Source: an uncultured bacterium
GTDB lineage: Bacteria > Fidelibacterota > Marinisomatia > Marinisomatales > Marinisomataceae
Length of the DNA: 64,000 nt
Reading direction: 5' to 3'
Assembly (NCBI GenBank): GCA_943788675.1
Contig: CALSRE010000001.1
Coordinates: 595,573-659,572, forward strand
Within the stretch, counting starts at the first letter, position 1. The number at the start of each line of letters is the position of its first letter. The position numbers and the translations under genes are program-made. Of this stretch, positions 30,048 through 39,905 are shown one piece after another. The notes beneath the pieces were generated by a model. The model saw only the letters and a program-made list of their open reading frames with translations, was not told the DNA's origin and searched no databases.

Positions 30048-30772
30048 AATATTTAATTATAATTTTAATTTTAAACCAAGTCTTTTCACAAGATATAGGG
30101 CAAAAAATGTTTGAAAACGGAGATACAGATTCAGCTATTTTGTTTTATAAGAGACTTTTGAATAATGAGGATATTTCGAAAGATGATTTAGTATATAATT
30201 TGGCATCAATTTATTCTTCTTTAGATAGCTTAGATAAGGCAGAAGAGTATTTTGGTTTAGCTGGAAGCGATTCACTTAATTCATCTTCAGAGTTGAAATA
30301 TAATTATGGCAATATGTTATATAAATCTAAAAATCTTGAAGGAAGTTTAACTGCATTCCGAGAAGCTCTAATTAAGAATCCAAATGATAACGATGCAAGA
30401 AAAAACTATGAATTTGTAAAAAACGAAATTGAAAAAAATAAACAAGAAGAGAAGAAAAATCAGGAACAAGACGATAGTAGCGATGACTCAGAAAACAATG
30501 ATAATAATAATGATGAAGATCAAAAACAGAGTGATAAAAATAAAGATGATAAATCTAATAATTCAGAAAAAAACCCTGAAAAAAATAGCAATGATGAAGG
30601 TCCAACAAATCAAGAAACATCTGATTCGCAACAACAAAAAAATAATCAAGATAGAGAAGTTAGTGTTGATCAAAGCGTAGAGAATATTTTGAATGCTATG
30701 AAAGAAAATGAAAAGGTTAACAAGAAAAGAAAGCAAAAAAATTATTCCAATCAAAGCGGTAAAGAATGGTAA
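30044..30772 (+). CDS. batC: TPR-repeat protein BatC with a low-complexity acidic N/D/K/E tail
   Basis: Signal peptide, TPR-like repeats (aa 20-130), then a long low-complexity region. Its position between batB and batD supports the call. Confidence 0.7.
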   Translation: MKYLIIILILNQVFSQDIGQKMFENGDTDSAILFYKRLLNNEDISKDDLVYNLASIYSSLDSLDKAEEYFGLAGSDSLNSSSELKYNYGNMLYKSKNLEGSLTAFREALIKNPNDNDARKNYEFVKNEIEKNKQEEKKNQEQDDSSDDSENNDNNNDEDQKQSDKNKDDKSNNSEKNPEKNSNDEGPTNQETSDSQQQKNNQDREVSVDQSVENILNAMKENEKVNKKRKQKNYSNQSGKEW

Positions 30773-32472
30773 AAGTCCTTATCATACAGTTTATTTTAAG
30801 CTCTTTAGTTTTTGCTCAACAATTATCATCTACTGTAAGTAGTAACAATATTAATTTAACTGAATCTGTTATTTATACTATAAAAATTTCGGAAATAGAC
30901 GAAAATCCTTCTGTAGATATACAATCGTTGAAAAATACATTTTCAATTATTGCTGGTCCAAATATTGGAAGTGAATACAGATTTATTAATGGAAAAAGAT
31001 CTTCTTCGAGATCTATTTCTTGGACTTTGATACCGTTAAAAGAAGGAAAGTTAAAAATACCATCATTTGACGTAAAAGTTTTAGATAAAACTTTTACAAC
31101 AAAATCGCATGAAGTTAAAGTATCAAAGCAAACTGTTGCGGATGCTGCAAAAGATTTATTTTTGGAATTAAAAGTAAGCAAAAAAAATGTTGTAGTAGGT
31201 GAGCAAATTATATTGTCTTATACTTTCTATACAAGAGTGGCGTCAAAAGTTCTTTCAACTGAATTTCCCGAATACAATGATTTTTGGGTTGAAAAATTAT
31301 TTGATCCTGCAGGAATGCAATTTACCCCTGAAAGTTGGAAAGACATTGAAATAGAGGGTTTTAATTATAAATCATTAAAAATTTACGAAGTAGCTTTGTT
31401 CCCATTGCAGGTTGGAGAATTTGATTTAGAATCAATGATTATGAAGATTGAGACAAAAAATAAAGATTCTTCATTTAATAGACTTTTTTGGGAAGATCCT
31501 TTTTTTGATACATTCTCCCAAAGAACAAAGGCGAAAATCTTAGTCTCTAATCCTGTATCTATAAAAGTTTCTTCAATAGGGAATGCTCCTGTTGGTTTTA
31601 CTGGGGCTGTAGGCAAGTTTAATGTTTCAACAATGCTTTCAGAAACTAGCATTGACGAAGGTTCTCCTACAGTTTTAAAAGTGATTCTTGAAGGAGTGGG
31701 AAATCTAGAAAATATAGGGCGACCAAAAATAAATTTTCCAAATGATATAGATATTTTTGAAGGAGAAACCACAATTTCTAAAGATATATCAAGCAATCTA
31801 TCGGGTTCAATCACTTGGAAATACAATTTAATACCTAGAAAAAACGGCTTATATCAAATTGATGCTGTAAAGATTCCATATTACAATTCTTCTACTAGAT
31901 CATGGTCAAGTACTATGTCTGAGCCTTTGAAATTAAATATAAATAAAAGTACTGCTTTTGACATCAGTGATAAGGATATCATTTCACAAAATTCTAAAAT
32001 TATGGTTTACAATAAGTTGGGAAATCAAAGATGGATATCTAATTCAGATTTTGTAGCTGAAAAAAGTATAATATATATTTTTGCTATATCATTCTTTCTT
32101 TTTTTACTGCCTTTTTATAAAAATAATTTTAAAATATTAAAAAGTAGAATTACAGCCTTTATTTCTTTTAAATCAGCTTTAAATAGCGCAGTAAATAGTT
32201 TAAGAAATACAAATTCTATGTTCATTGATGGACCAAGAATAATTACTATTTTTTTTTACAAGAAGAAAATAATTAAATCAATGAATGTAGACATATCAAC
32301 TTTAAAAAATGACTCTAAGAAAAAAATAAAAAAAGAAGATTTTGAACTCTTAGCAAACTTTCTTGATGATTGCCAAAGAAAGACATATTCGCAATTAGAT
32401 CGTTTGGAAAACAACAGAAAAGCCATAAATATGTTAATTAAAACTTTAACTAAAATTGATACATATGTTTAA
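30766..32472 (+). CDS. batD: BatD family oxygen-tolerance protein
   Basis: 568 aa with a signal peptide, repeated Ig-like beta-rich modules, a single TM near aa 445-465 and a cytoplasmic tail. Position within the bat cluster supports the call. Confidence 0.75.
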   Translation: MVKVLIIQFILSSLVFAQQLSSTVSSNNINLTESVIYTIKISEIDENPSVDIQSLKNTFSIIAGPNIGSEYRFINGKRSSSRSISWTLIPLKEGKLKIPSFDVKVLDKTFTTKSHEVKVSKQTVADAAKDLFLELKVSKKNVVVGEQIILSYTFYTRVASKVLSTEFPEYNDFWVEKLFDPAGMQFTPESWKDIEIEGFNYKSLKIYEVALFPLQVGEFDLESMIMKIETKNKDSSFNRLFWEDPFFDTFSQRTKAKILVSNPVSIKVSSIGNAPVGFTGAVGKFNVSTMLSETSIDEGSPTVLKVILEGVGNLENIGRPKINFPNDIDIFEGETTISKDISSNLSGSITWKYNLIPRKNGLYQIDAVKIPYYNSSTRSWSSTMSEPLKLNINKSTAFDISDKDIISQNSKIMVYNKLGNQRWISNSDFVAEKSIIYIFAISFFLFLLPFYKNNFKILKSRITAFISFKSALNSAVNSLRNTNSMFIDGPRIITIFFYKKKIIKSMNVDISTLKNDSKKKIKKEDFELLANFLDDCQRKTYSQLDRLENNRKAINMLIKTLTKIDTYV

Positions 32473-33205
32473 AAAAAACTATATAGTTCTGTTATTTTTT
32501 TCTTCATTGTATGCGCAATCTTTAGACCAGCTATTTACTGATGGCAATAATTACTTTAATAAAAACCTATATAGCAAAGCAATTGAAAATTATAATCAAA
32601 TACTTGATAATGGATTTTTTACTCAAGATTTATATTTTAATTTAGGTAATGCATATTTTGAAGTTGAAGATTATGGAAATGCTAGATGGTCTTTTGAGAT
32701 GGGCCTTAAACTCAATCCATTGAACGAAGATTTAAATAACAACAACAACGTTAATAAGTTATTTATAGAAAATTATATTGAAGTTCCAAAGGATTCTATT
32801 TTAGATAATGTAAACGCATTTTATCAATTATTATCAATTAATCAATTCATATTGGTGAATGCAATATTAATTCTAATTACATCTATGTTATTTTTTATCT
32901 ATAGATTATTTGAAATTCAAATATTTAAAAAATTATTTACTTATTCTTTAATTCTTTCATTCACATTTATTCTACTTACATTTACAAAAAATTTATGGGA
33001 CAAAAATAATAAATTCGGAATAATTACAAAAAATGAATCTGTTCTTTATTCTGCGCCATATAAAAATGAATCAATTGAGATTTCAACATTTTACAATGGC
33101 AATAAGGTTAAAATTTTACAATCAACTGATTCATGGTTTGAAATATCTTCATTTGATGGAAGAAAAGGTTGGATTAGAGCTCAAGATATAAGAAATTTGT
33201 ATTGA
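32465..33205 (+). CDS. batE: TPR plus SH3b-domain protein BatE
   Basis: Signal peptide, TPR repeats, TM helices and a C-terminal SH3b-like segment (SWFEISSFDGRKGWIRAQDI). I prefer the ATG at 32465 over the TTG at 32456. Confidence 0.72.
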   Translation: MFKKNYIVLLFFSSLYAQSLDQLFTDGNNYFNKNLYSKAIENYNQILDNGFFTQDLYFNLGNAYFEVEDYGNARWSFEMGLKLNPLNEDLNNNNNVNKLFIENYIEVPKDSILDNVNAFYQLLSINQFILVNAILILITSMLFFIYRLFEIQIFKKLFTYSLILSFTFILLTFTKNLWDKNNKFGIITKNESVLYSAPYKNESIEISTFYNGNKVKILQSTDSWFEISSFDGRKGWIRAQDIRNLY

Positions 33206-33206
33206 T

Positions 33207-33620
33207 ATGAGATATTTTCTTCTAGTTTTATTTATTAGTATTGGTATGTGCCAATCTGACTTTATTAAACCAAGTGATTTTAATGATAACCCTCCAAAAT
33301 TTCCTAGTGTTCTGTTGCCATCTTTTTCAAGCTCTGAATCTCTTATTTCAGATAGCACTAAAGCGTTCAATAATTTTGTTAGAGGATATAGAGTTCAAGT
33401 AATGATATCTCAAGATGAAAATGAATTAATTAAACTTAAAAATACACTTCTGCAATCTTTGAACGAGGATATATATATTATTTTTGAACTACCTAATTAC
33501 AAGCTAAGAATCGGTGATTTCATTAGTAGAAAAGAAGCTGAAAGTTTTCAAGAAAAAATTGTAAAACTTGGATACCGTACTGCCTGGGTAGTTCCTACCA
33601 TAATTGAGATGGAAATCTAA
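33207..33620 (+). CDS. SPOR domain-containing protein
   Basis: 137 aa with an N-terminal signal/anchor and a C-terminal SPOR-like fold (GYRVQV...YKLRIGDFISRKEAESFQEKIVKLGYRTAWVV). Confidence 0.72.
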   Translation: MRYFLLVLFISIGMCQSDFIKPSDFNDNPPKFPSVLLPSFSSSESLISDSTKAFNNFVRGYRVQVMISQDENELIKLKNTLLQSLNEDIYIIFELPNYKLRIGDFISRKEAESFQEKIVKLGYRTAWVVPTIIEMEI

Positions 33621-34348
33621 TGGCTGGTCACAGTAAGTGGTCAACAATCAAAAGAAAAAAAGGAGCCTTAGATCAAAAGAGGGGTAAAATTTTTTCAACA
33701 ATTAGCAAAGAAATCACTGTTTCCGCAAGATTGGGAGGTAAAGAAATAGACTCTAATCCAAGGTTAAGACAAGCTATAAAAAAAGCAAAATCATTGAATA
33801 TGCCAAACTCTAATATTGATAAAGCGATTAAGAAAGGTGTTGGAGAGTTAGATAATGTAATAATAGAAGAAGTTTCATATGAAGGTTACGGTCCATACGG
33901 TGTTGCTGTTTTAATAGAAGCAATAACAGACAATAAAAATAGAACTGTTGCAGATGTACGTCATGCTTTATCAAAATTTGGAGGCTCATTAGGTCAATCT
34001 GGAAGTGTGTCGTGGAATTTTGAAAGAAATGGGATTATTTTAATTGATAAAAAGCAAGTAGTAGAAGATGATATATTTGAATTTTCTGTAGAAAATGATT
34101 GTAATGAATTTTTTATAGATGAAGAATATTATAGATTACATTTTAATTCTCAAGATTTATATAGCAAAATTGATAAACTTGAAAAAATGGATATTGAAAT
34201 AGATTCATCTTTTTTAGCATTTATACCCAAAGATTTAATCAGTCTTTCACCAGATGAAAATAATAATTTTGAAAAATTTATTGATTTTCTAGAAGGGCTA
34301 GAAGATGTTCAGAATGTTTTTTCAAATCATAATTTTGGAGAATCGTAA
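33620..34348 (+). CDS. yebC: YebC/PmpR family DNA-binding transcriptional regulator
   Basis: MAGHSKWSTIKRKKGALDQKRGKIF is the signature N-terminus. 242 aa, upstream of ruvC-ruvA. Confidence 0.93.
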   Translation: MAGHSKWSTIKRKKGALDQKRGKIFSTISKEITVSARLGGKEIDSNPRLRQAIKKAKSLNMPNSNIDKAIKKGVGELDNVIIEEVSYEGYGPYGVAVLIEAITDNKNRTVADVRHALSKFGGSLGQSGSVSWNFERNGIILIDKKQVVEDDIFEFSVENDCNEFFIDEEYYRLHFNSQDLYSKIDKLEKMDIEIDSSFLAFIPKDLISLSPDENNNFEKFIDFLEGLEDVQNVFSNHNFGES

Positions 34349-34818
34349 TGATAATCATTGGTTTTGATCCTGGACTTACAAACACTGGTTATGCAGTTTT
34401 AAAAAAGAAAAAAAATGAAATACAATTGTTTGAATGTGGTTTAATATCTCCAAAGAAAAGTAAAATCATTTCTGAAAGATTATATACTATATTTTTTGAG
34501 TCTAACAGTTTGTTAGAAAAGTTTAAACCAGACCATGTTTCGGTTGAGAATGTTTTCTTTGGAAAAAACATTCAGTCTGCTATTAAATTAGGTCAAGCTA
34601 AATCTGCAGTGATGTTAGCAGCAGAGCATAATAAGATTAAATCGACTGATTTTAGTCCTAGAGAAATAAAGCAGTCTATTGTTGGTAATGGCTCAGCTTC
34701 AAAAGAACAGGTTGCATTTATGGTTAAAAAAATATTTAAATTAGATGACGAAGTTTTAAAAAAAAACGATATCTCAGATGCAATAGCGGTTGCATGGTGC
34801 GGATTAAATAGGATATAA
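34348..34818 (+). CDS. ruvC: crossover junction endodeoxyribonuclease RuvC
   Basis: 156 aa with IIGFDPGLTNTGYAV, VENVFFGKN and DISDAIAVA motifs. Confidence 0.93.
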   Translation: MIIIGFDPGLTNTGYAVLKKKKNEIQLFECGLISPKKSKIISERLYTIFFESNSLLEKFKPDHVSVENVFFGKNIQSAIKLGQAKSAVMLAAEHNKIKSTDFSPREIKQSIVGNGSASKEQVAFMVKKIFKLDDEVLKKNDISDAIAVAWCGLNRI

Positions 34819-35412
34819 ATGATTGATTCAATTTCAGGAAAAATTTTTAAAAAAGAACCAACATCTGTTTACGTACAGAATGGGGGTATAGTATTTAATT
34901 TATCAATATGTTTAAGAGATTATGAAAAGCTACCTTCAGTAGGAGATAATGTTTTCATCTATACTTATTTAAATGTTAAAGAAAATTTAATGGAACTTTA
35001 TGGTTTCATGGATTTGGAGCGTAGATCGCTATTTTCAAATCTATTGGATGTCTCAGGTATAGGCCCTAGAACAGCTATAAATTTACTATCTAATGCATCA
35101 GTTTCTAGCTTTAAGGACAATATAATTTCGGAAGACGTAAAATCTTTAAGCTTGATACCTGGTATTGGCCCTAAGACAGCCAAAAGAATAATTTTGGATA
35201 TCAAAGAAAAACTATCAACACACATTGTTTCTCAAAATAATATTGATAGCTCTAAGGTAGATTTTTCATATGAAGATATTTATACCGCCCTATCATCTTT
35301 AGGTTATAAAAAATCTCAAATTGACAAATCTATTAAAAAGTTAAATGAAGAAGGTTTTTATAAGGGTGATATTGAGAGTGTCATTAAAAGAATTTTGGCA
35401 ACCATTAGATGA
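34819..35412 (+). CDS. ruvA: Holliday junction branch-migration complex subunit RuvA
   Basis: 197 aa with an OB-fold N-terminus and two HhH motifs (VSGIGPRTA, IPGIGPKTAKRI). Confidence 0.92.
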   Translation: MIDSISGKIFKKEPTSVYVQNGGIVFNLSICLRDYEKLPSVGDNVFIYTYLNVKENLMELYGFMDLERRSLFSNLLDVSGIGPRTAINLLSNASVSSFKDNIISEDVKSLSLIPGIGPKTAKRIILDIKEKLSTHIVSQNNIDSSKVDFSYEDIYTALSSLGYKKSQIDKSIKKLNEEGFYKGDIESVIKRILATIR

Positions 35413-36479
35413 GCAGCTATCAAAAAACTGAATTATACAGTACTCATAAAAAACTAAATGCCAAGCTTGTACCTTTCTCAGGTTTTTGGATGCCTTTACA
35501 ATATTCTAGCATAGTTAAAGAACACCATCATGTAAGAAGCTCCTGCGGTTTATTTGATGTTAGTCATATGGGAGAATTTATTGTACATGGAAAAAATTCT
35601 GAAAAATTTATTCAAAAGGTAACAACTAACGATGTATCTAAATTAAGTCCTGGTAAGGTTCAATATAGCGTATTTTGCAATCATGGCGGTGGTATAATTG
35701 ATGATTTGCTCATCTATAATTTAGGTAGTCACTATATGTTGGTAGTTAATGCTTCAAATATTGAAAAAAATTTTAAATGGTTAAAATCAAATTTAATTGA
35801 AGATGTTTCTATTGTTGACAAGTCTGATCAAATTTCTTTGCTAGCACTTCAGGGGCCTGATTCTCAAAAATTCCTTCAAAAATTATATCCTGATATTTTA
35901 AAATTAAAGTATTACGAAACTTTGTTACCAGATTCTGAAAAAGTGGTTGTTGCTAGAACCGGCTATTCAGGCGAATTGGGTTTCGAGATTTATGCACCTA
36001 ATTCTAAAATTGTCGAAATTTGGAATGATTTGCTGTCAATTTCTAAAGATATTCATCCAGTAGGTCTAGGTTGCAGAGATTCTTTAAGGCTTGAGATGGG
36101 ATACTGTCTTTATGGTAATGAATTAAATGAAGAAATTAACACTGTTGAAGCTGGACTTTCGTGGATAACTAAATATGATACAGATTTTATTGGATCACAA
36201 AATATCAAAGATAATGTATCAAAAAAACTAATAGCAATTTCGTCTAAAGAAAGAGCAATTCCAAGGTCAGGTTATAAATTATATTCGACCCAAAAAAAAG
36301 AAATCGGTATAATTTCTAGCGGTGGAATGTCTCCAAGTCTTAAGAAAGGAATTGCTTTGGCATATATTGATATAGATTTTAAAAATGATAGAGAGTTTTT
36401 AGTTGGAATTAGAGATAAATTTTTTACTTTTAATAAAACAAAGCTTCCGTTTTATAAAGATGGTACTTATTTAAAATGA
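35409..36479 (+). CDS. gcvT: glycine cleavage system aminomethyltransferase GcvT
   Basis: 356 aa with PFSGFWMPLQY, GLFDVSHMGEF, LALQGP and RTGYSGELGFEI motifs. Confidence 0.93.
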   Translation: MSSYQKTELYSTHKKLNAKLVPFSGFWMPLQYSSIVKEHHHVRSSCGLFDVSHMGEFIVHGKNSEKFIQKVTTNDVSKLSPGKVQYSVFCNHGGGIIDDLLIYNLGSHYMLVVNASNIEKNFKWLKSNLIEDVSIVDKSDQISLLALQGPDSQKFLQKLYPDILKLKYYETLLPDSEKVVVARTGYSGELGFEIYAPNSKIVEIWNDLLSISKDIHPVGLGCRDSLRLEMGYCLYGNELNEEINTVEAGLSWITKYDTDFIGSQNIKDNVSKKLIAISSKERAIPRSGYKLYSTQKKEIGIISSGGMSPSLKKGIALAYIDIDFKNDREFLVGIRDKFFTFNKTKLPFYKDGTYLK

Positions 36480-38803
36480 CAGATAAGATTAGAATTCAAA
36501 TTATAGGCTGGTTACTTTTAGTTTTGTCATTGCTTTTTTTCGGCTCTATGATAAGCTATGATTTATCTGAAGAACCTTCGCTTGTAGCTCAAAATATTAA
36601 TAATCCATTTAATATATTTGGAGTTTATATAGGTTTTTATTTTATGAAGTTAGGTTTTGGATATGCTGCATTATTTTTTCCAATATCTCTAGCTACAGTA
36701 GCCTACTATTTGATTACAAATTTCTCAATAGATGTCTTTAAGTTAGTTAGATATCAAATAATTTTTTTAATAATCAGTTCTATGGTTTTAGGCTTTATTG
36801 AAAACTTTGATTCAATTATAGTTTTAGAAAAAATTGATGACTACAATTACTCTGGACTTTTAGGCGGACTTTCCCTTGGACTCATTTATGACTGGACAGG
36901 TTTATTTGGTTCTATATTAATCCTATTTTCATTAATAATGATTTCAGTAATATCATTTTTTAGAATTGATACTTACAGCTATTTAAAAATGGTTCCACAA
37001 TTTTTTAAAAAAATTATTTCTAATATCGATTTTGATATTAAAAGTTTTTTGCCAGCCATCAAAAAGCAAGATAAACATCAGGAGAAGGATAGAATTATAA
37101 AAGATGAATCATTTCTTGAAGATATAAATACAGATGATGAAGAAGAGATTGAAAAACAAGTTTTGGATGGCGTAAATGATAAGCAGGAAGATAGCATAAA
37201 TAACAAACATGAAAATCAGATAGAATATGATATAGCAGCTCTTTCAGAAGATGATGTAGATCAAAAAGTTAAATATTCAGAAATTTCAATAGAAAAAGCA
37301 ATAATTGAAAAAGAGGCTGAAATAGATAATCAAAGGAATAAATCTATCTTGAAGAAAGAATGGGAATTTCCTTCAACTGATATTCTTCATTCATTGGATG
37401 AATTAAGCGAAGTGAATGAAGATGATATCAGAGAAAGATCTGAATTATTAAAAAATTCACTTTCAAATTTTGGCGTTGAGGGTAGTTCAGGGGCCATAAA
37501 AACTGGACCAATTATTACCTTATTTGAAATTCTACCAGCAGAGGGTGTAAGAGTAAATAAATTTGTTCAGCTTTCTGATGATATAGCAAGAGTAATGGAG
37601 GCTCAAAGTGTTAGAGTCTTAGCGCCAATTCCAGGTTCAAATCATGTTGGAGTAGAGATTCCTAATCAAGACCCTCAAACAATATTTTTAAAAAATGTAA
37701 TAAATTCTGAAAAATATCTAAAGTCTAAAGCAAAATTAAAACTTGCCATTGGAAAAGGAACATTAGGTGATATTTCTATTTTAGATTTAGTAGAAATGCC
37801 ACACCTCTTAATTGCAGGTACAACAGGTTCTGGAAAATCAGTTTCACTAAATACTATAATTGTTAGCCTGCTTTATCAATTAAAACCTGAAGAAGTAAAG
37901 TTTGTGATTATTGATCCTAAAAAAGTTGAAATGTCATTGTACAGGGGTCTAGAAAATCATTATTTATTGAAATTTAACGGTATTGATGAGTCAATTATTA
38001 CTAAAAAAGATAATGCCATTCTCGCATTAAGATCCCTTGAAAAAGAAATGGATTCAAGGTATGATCTTTTAGCAGAAGCAGGAAAAAGAAATATTTCTGA
38101 ATATAATGATATGATGAAAAAGTCTAAGAAAGATTTAATGCCTTATATTGTTTTAATGATTGATGAGCTAGCTGACCTTATGATGTACAGTCCAAGAGAT
38201 GTGGAGGCTCCTATTGCAAGGCTAGCACAGCTTGCAAGAGCTGTAGGTATTCACTTAATAGTTGCTACTCAAAGACCTTCCGTTGACGTTATTACGGGCG
38301 TTATAAAGGCAAATTTTCCAGCTAGAATTGCATTTCAAGTAGCAACTAAAATTGACTCTAGAACAATATTAGATGAGAATGGGGCAGACAAGTTAATTGG
38401 AAAAGGTGATATGTTATATCAAAAACCAGGATCTCCAGCTCCTGTAAGAATGCATGGTGCATTTATAACATTAAAAGAAATTGAAGATTTGGTTCAGCAT
38501 ATTAGTTCTCAACCTAAACCAAATGAGGTTATTATTGATACTTATAAAGAGGAAACTAGTTCAATTATAGATGGTGAGGAAGGTATTAATGATGACTTGC
38601 TATATAAAGCAATTGAAATTATTGTTATGAGCAAGCAAGGATCTATTTCTTTGCTTCAAAGAAGGTTGTCTGTAGGATATTCCAGGGCAGCTAGATTAAT
38701 TGACGAGATGGAAAGATTAAAAATTGTAGGCCCTTTTACAGGAAGTAAAGCCAGAGAAGTACTGGTTGACGAATCTTATCTTGAAACAATTAATGAAAAA
38801 TAG
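36476..38803 (+). CDS. ftsK: DNA translocase FtsK
   Basis: 775 aa with N-terminal TM helices, an acidic linker, Walker A AGTTGSGKS, Walker B MIDELADL and a C-terminal gamma wHTH (SISLLQRRLSVGYSRAARLIDEME). Confidence 0.95.
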   Translation: MTDKIRIQIIGWLLLVLSLLFFGSMISYDLSEEPSLVAQNINNPFNIFGVYIGFYFMKLGFGYAALFFPISLATVAYYLITNFSIDVFKLVRYQIIFLIISSMVLGFIENFDSIIVLEKIDDYNYSGLLGGLSLGLIYDWTGLFGSILILFSLIMISVISFFRIDTYSYLKMVPQFFKKIISNIDFDIKSFLPAIKKQDKHQEKDRIIKDESFLEDINTDDEEEIEKQVLDGVNDKQEDSINNKHENQIEYDIAALSEDDVDQKVKYSEISIEKAIIEKEAEIDNQRNKSILKKEWEFPSTDILHSLDELSEVNEDDIRERSELLKNSLSNFGVEGSSGAIKTGPIITLFEILPAEGVRVNKFVQLSDDIARVMEAQSVRVLAPIPGSNHVGVEIPNQDPQTIFLKNVINSEKYLKSKAKLKLAIGKGTLGDISILDLVEMPHLLIAGTTGSGKSVSLNTIIVSLLYQLKPEEVKFVIIDPKKVEMSLYRGLENHYLLKFNGIDESIITKKDNAILALRSLEKEMDSRYDLLAEAGKRNISEYNDMMKKSKKDLMPYIVLMIDELADLMMYSPRDVEAPIARLAQLARAVGIHLIVATQRPSVDVITGVIKANFPARIAFQVATKIDSRTILDENGADKLIGKGDMLYQKPGSPAPVRMHGAFITLKEIEDLVQHISSQPKPNEVIIDTYKEETSSIIDGEEGINDDLLYKAIEIIVMSKQGSISLLQRRLSVGYSRAARLIDEMERLKIVGPFTGSKAREVLVDESYLETINEK

Positions 38804-39356
38804 CATAAAAATTATATTTTTGTCTTTTTGCTCATTGTTTGGAAATGATATAAAAGATATCGAAATCAAAAATTTTTTTAAAAATCTAGATAATAAAACA
38901 GTTAATCTTCAGATTAATCATTCATCTGATAGCTATAAGGCAAGCCTATCAATAACCGTTGATAAGATTTTTTTTGATACTTCGAAATTCGATGGAATGG
39001 TTTCTGTTTTTTCAGGGGACACTATATCTACATACGACTCAAAAGACAATATTATTATTTTAGAAAACGCTGAAAAAAATTTATTAGAATTTTTTGATTA
39101 TGAAAACTTTGAAAACGCCGAATTAATTAAAATTGATATCAGTAATAAATATTTATTATATCATTACAACTATATGGATAATAAACTATTTATTAAATTT
39201 GATACTAAAAGAAAGCAAGTTTATTCAATCTCATTTACTCAATTTGATGAGATTGTTTTTGATTGTTTAGTTGGTAGTATAGAAAGTTTTAAGAATCCTT
39301 TATTTGATTTAAAAGTGAATGACGATTGGAAAACTATAGATTGGAGATCAATTTAA
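38793..39356 (+). CDS. putative LolA-like outer-membrane lipoprotein carrier
   Basis: Signal peptide MKNSIKIIFLSFCSLFG and a beta-rich protein of about 190 aa directly after ftsK, which is the usual lolA position. Sequence similarity is not verifiable here. The ATG at 38793 overlaps the ftsK stop. Confidence 0.4.
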   Translation: MKNSIKIIFLSFCSLFGNDIKDIEIKNFFKNLDNKTVNLQINHSSDSYKASLSITVDKIFFDTSKFDGMVSVFSGDTISTYDSKDNIIILENAEKNLLEFFDYENFENAELIKIDISNKYLLYHYNYMDNKLFIKFDTKRKQVYSISFTQFDEIVFDCLVGSIESFKNPLFDLKVNDDWKTIDWRSI

Positions 39357-39905
39357 ATGTTTGATGCAATTTTTTTAGATAGAGATGGAACAATAAGTCA
39401 TGATCCCTATGGATATATAAACAAACTTTCCGATTACCACTTCTTTGACTATACCTTTGAAGCTTTAAATGTATTCAAAAACTATACAAAAAAATTTGTT
39501 ATTGTTACTAATCAGTCTGGTCTGTCAACTGGCAAAATTGACTTAAAAAATTTAGAAGAAATTCATAATCATATTTATGAAGAGTTTGAAAAAAGACATT
39601 TACCACTTAAAAAAATTTATTTTTCAGACAATTACGAAGAAGGATATGATTCAATGAGAAAGCCTGGTATAGGAATGTTTAAAAAAGCATCTGAAGAATT
39701 TCAGATAAATCTTTCTAACTCTTTAATGATAGGAGATTCTATTGTTGATGCTGAAGTTGGAAAAAGGTTAAATATGAAAACTATTTTCTTGTTGACTGGT
39801 ATGGGTAATGATTACATAGCACAAGTCAAATCGACCTGTAACGTAGATTTAGTTTCAAAAGATTTATTGGAAGCAGCAAAGGATATAAAATTAATATTGG
39901 AGTAA
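39357..39905 (+). CDS. gmhB: HAD-IIIA family phosphatase (GmhB-like D,D-heptose 1,7-bisphosphate phosphatase)
   Basis: 182 aa with FLDRDGT (HAD motif I), VTNQSG (motif II), RKPGIGMF and GDSIVDAE (motifs III/IV). Confidence 0.7.
   Translation: MFDAIFLDRDGTISHDPYGYINKLSDYHFFDYTFEALNVFKNYTKKFVIVTNQSGLSTGKIDLKNLEEIHNHIYEEFEKRHLPLKKIYFSDNYEEGYDSMRKPGIGMFKKASEEFQINLSNSLMIGDSIVDAEVGKRLNMKTIFLLTGMGNDYIAQVKSTCNVDLVSKDLLEAAKDIKLILE

Noticed and set aside
30429-30680. Alternative-frame 83-aa K/I/N-rich ORF (+), and the 30563-30754 (-) ORF, within batC.
   Set aside because: Both lie in the low-complexity AAT/GAT/AAA-rich tail of batC, where all frames are open by composition. Neither has independent start signals.
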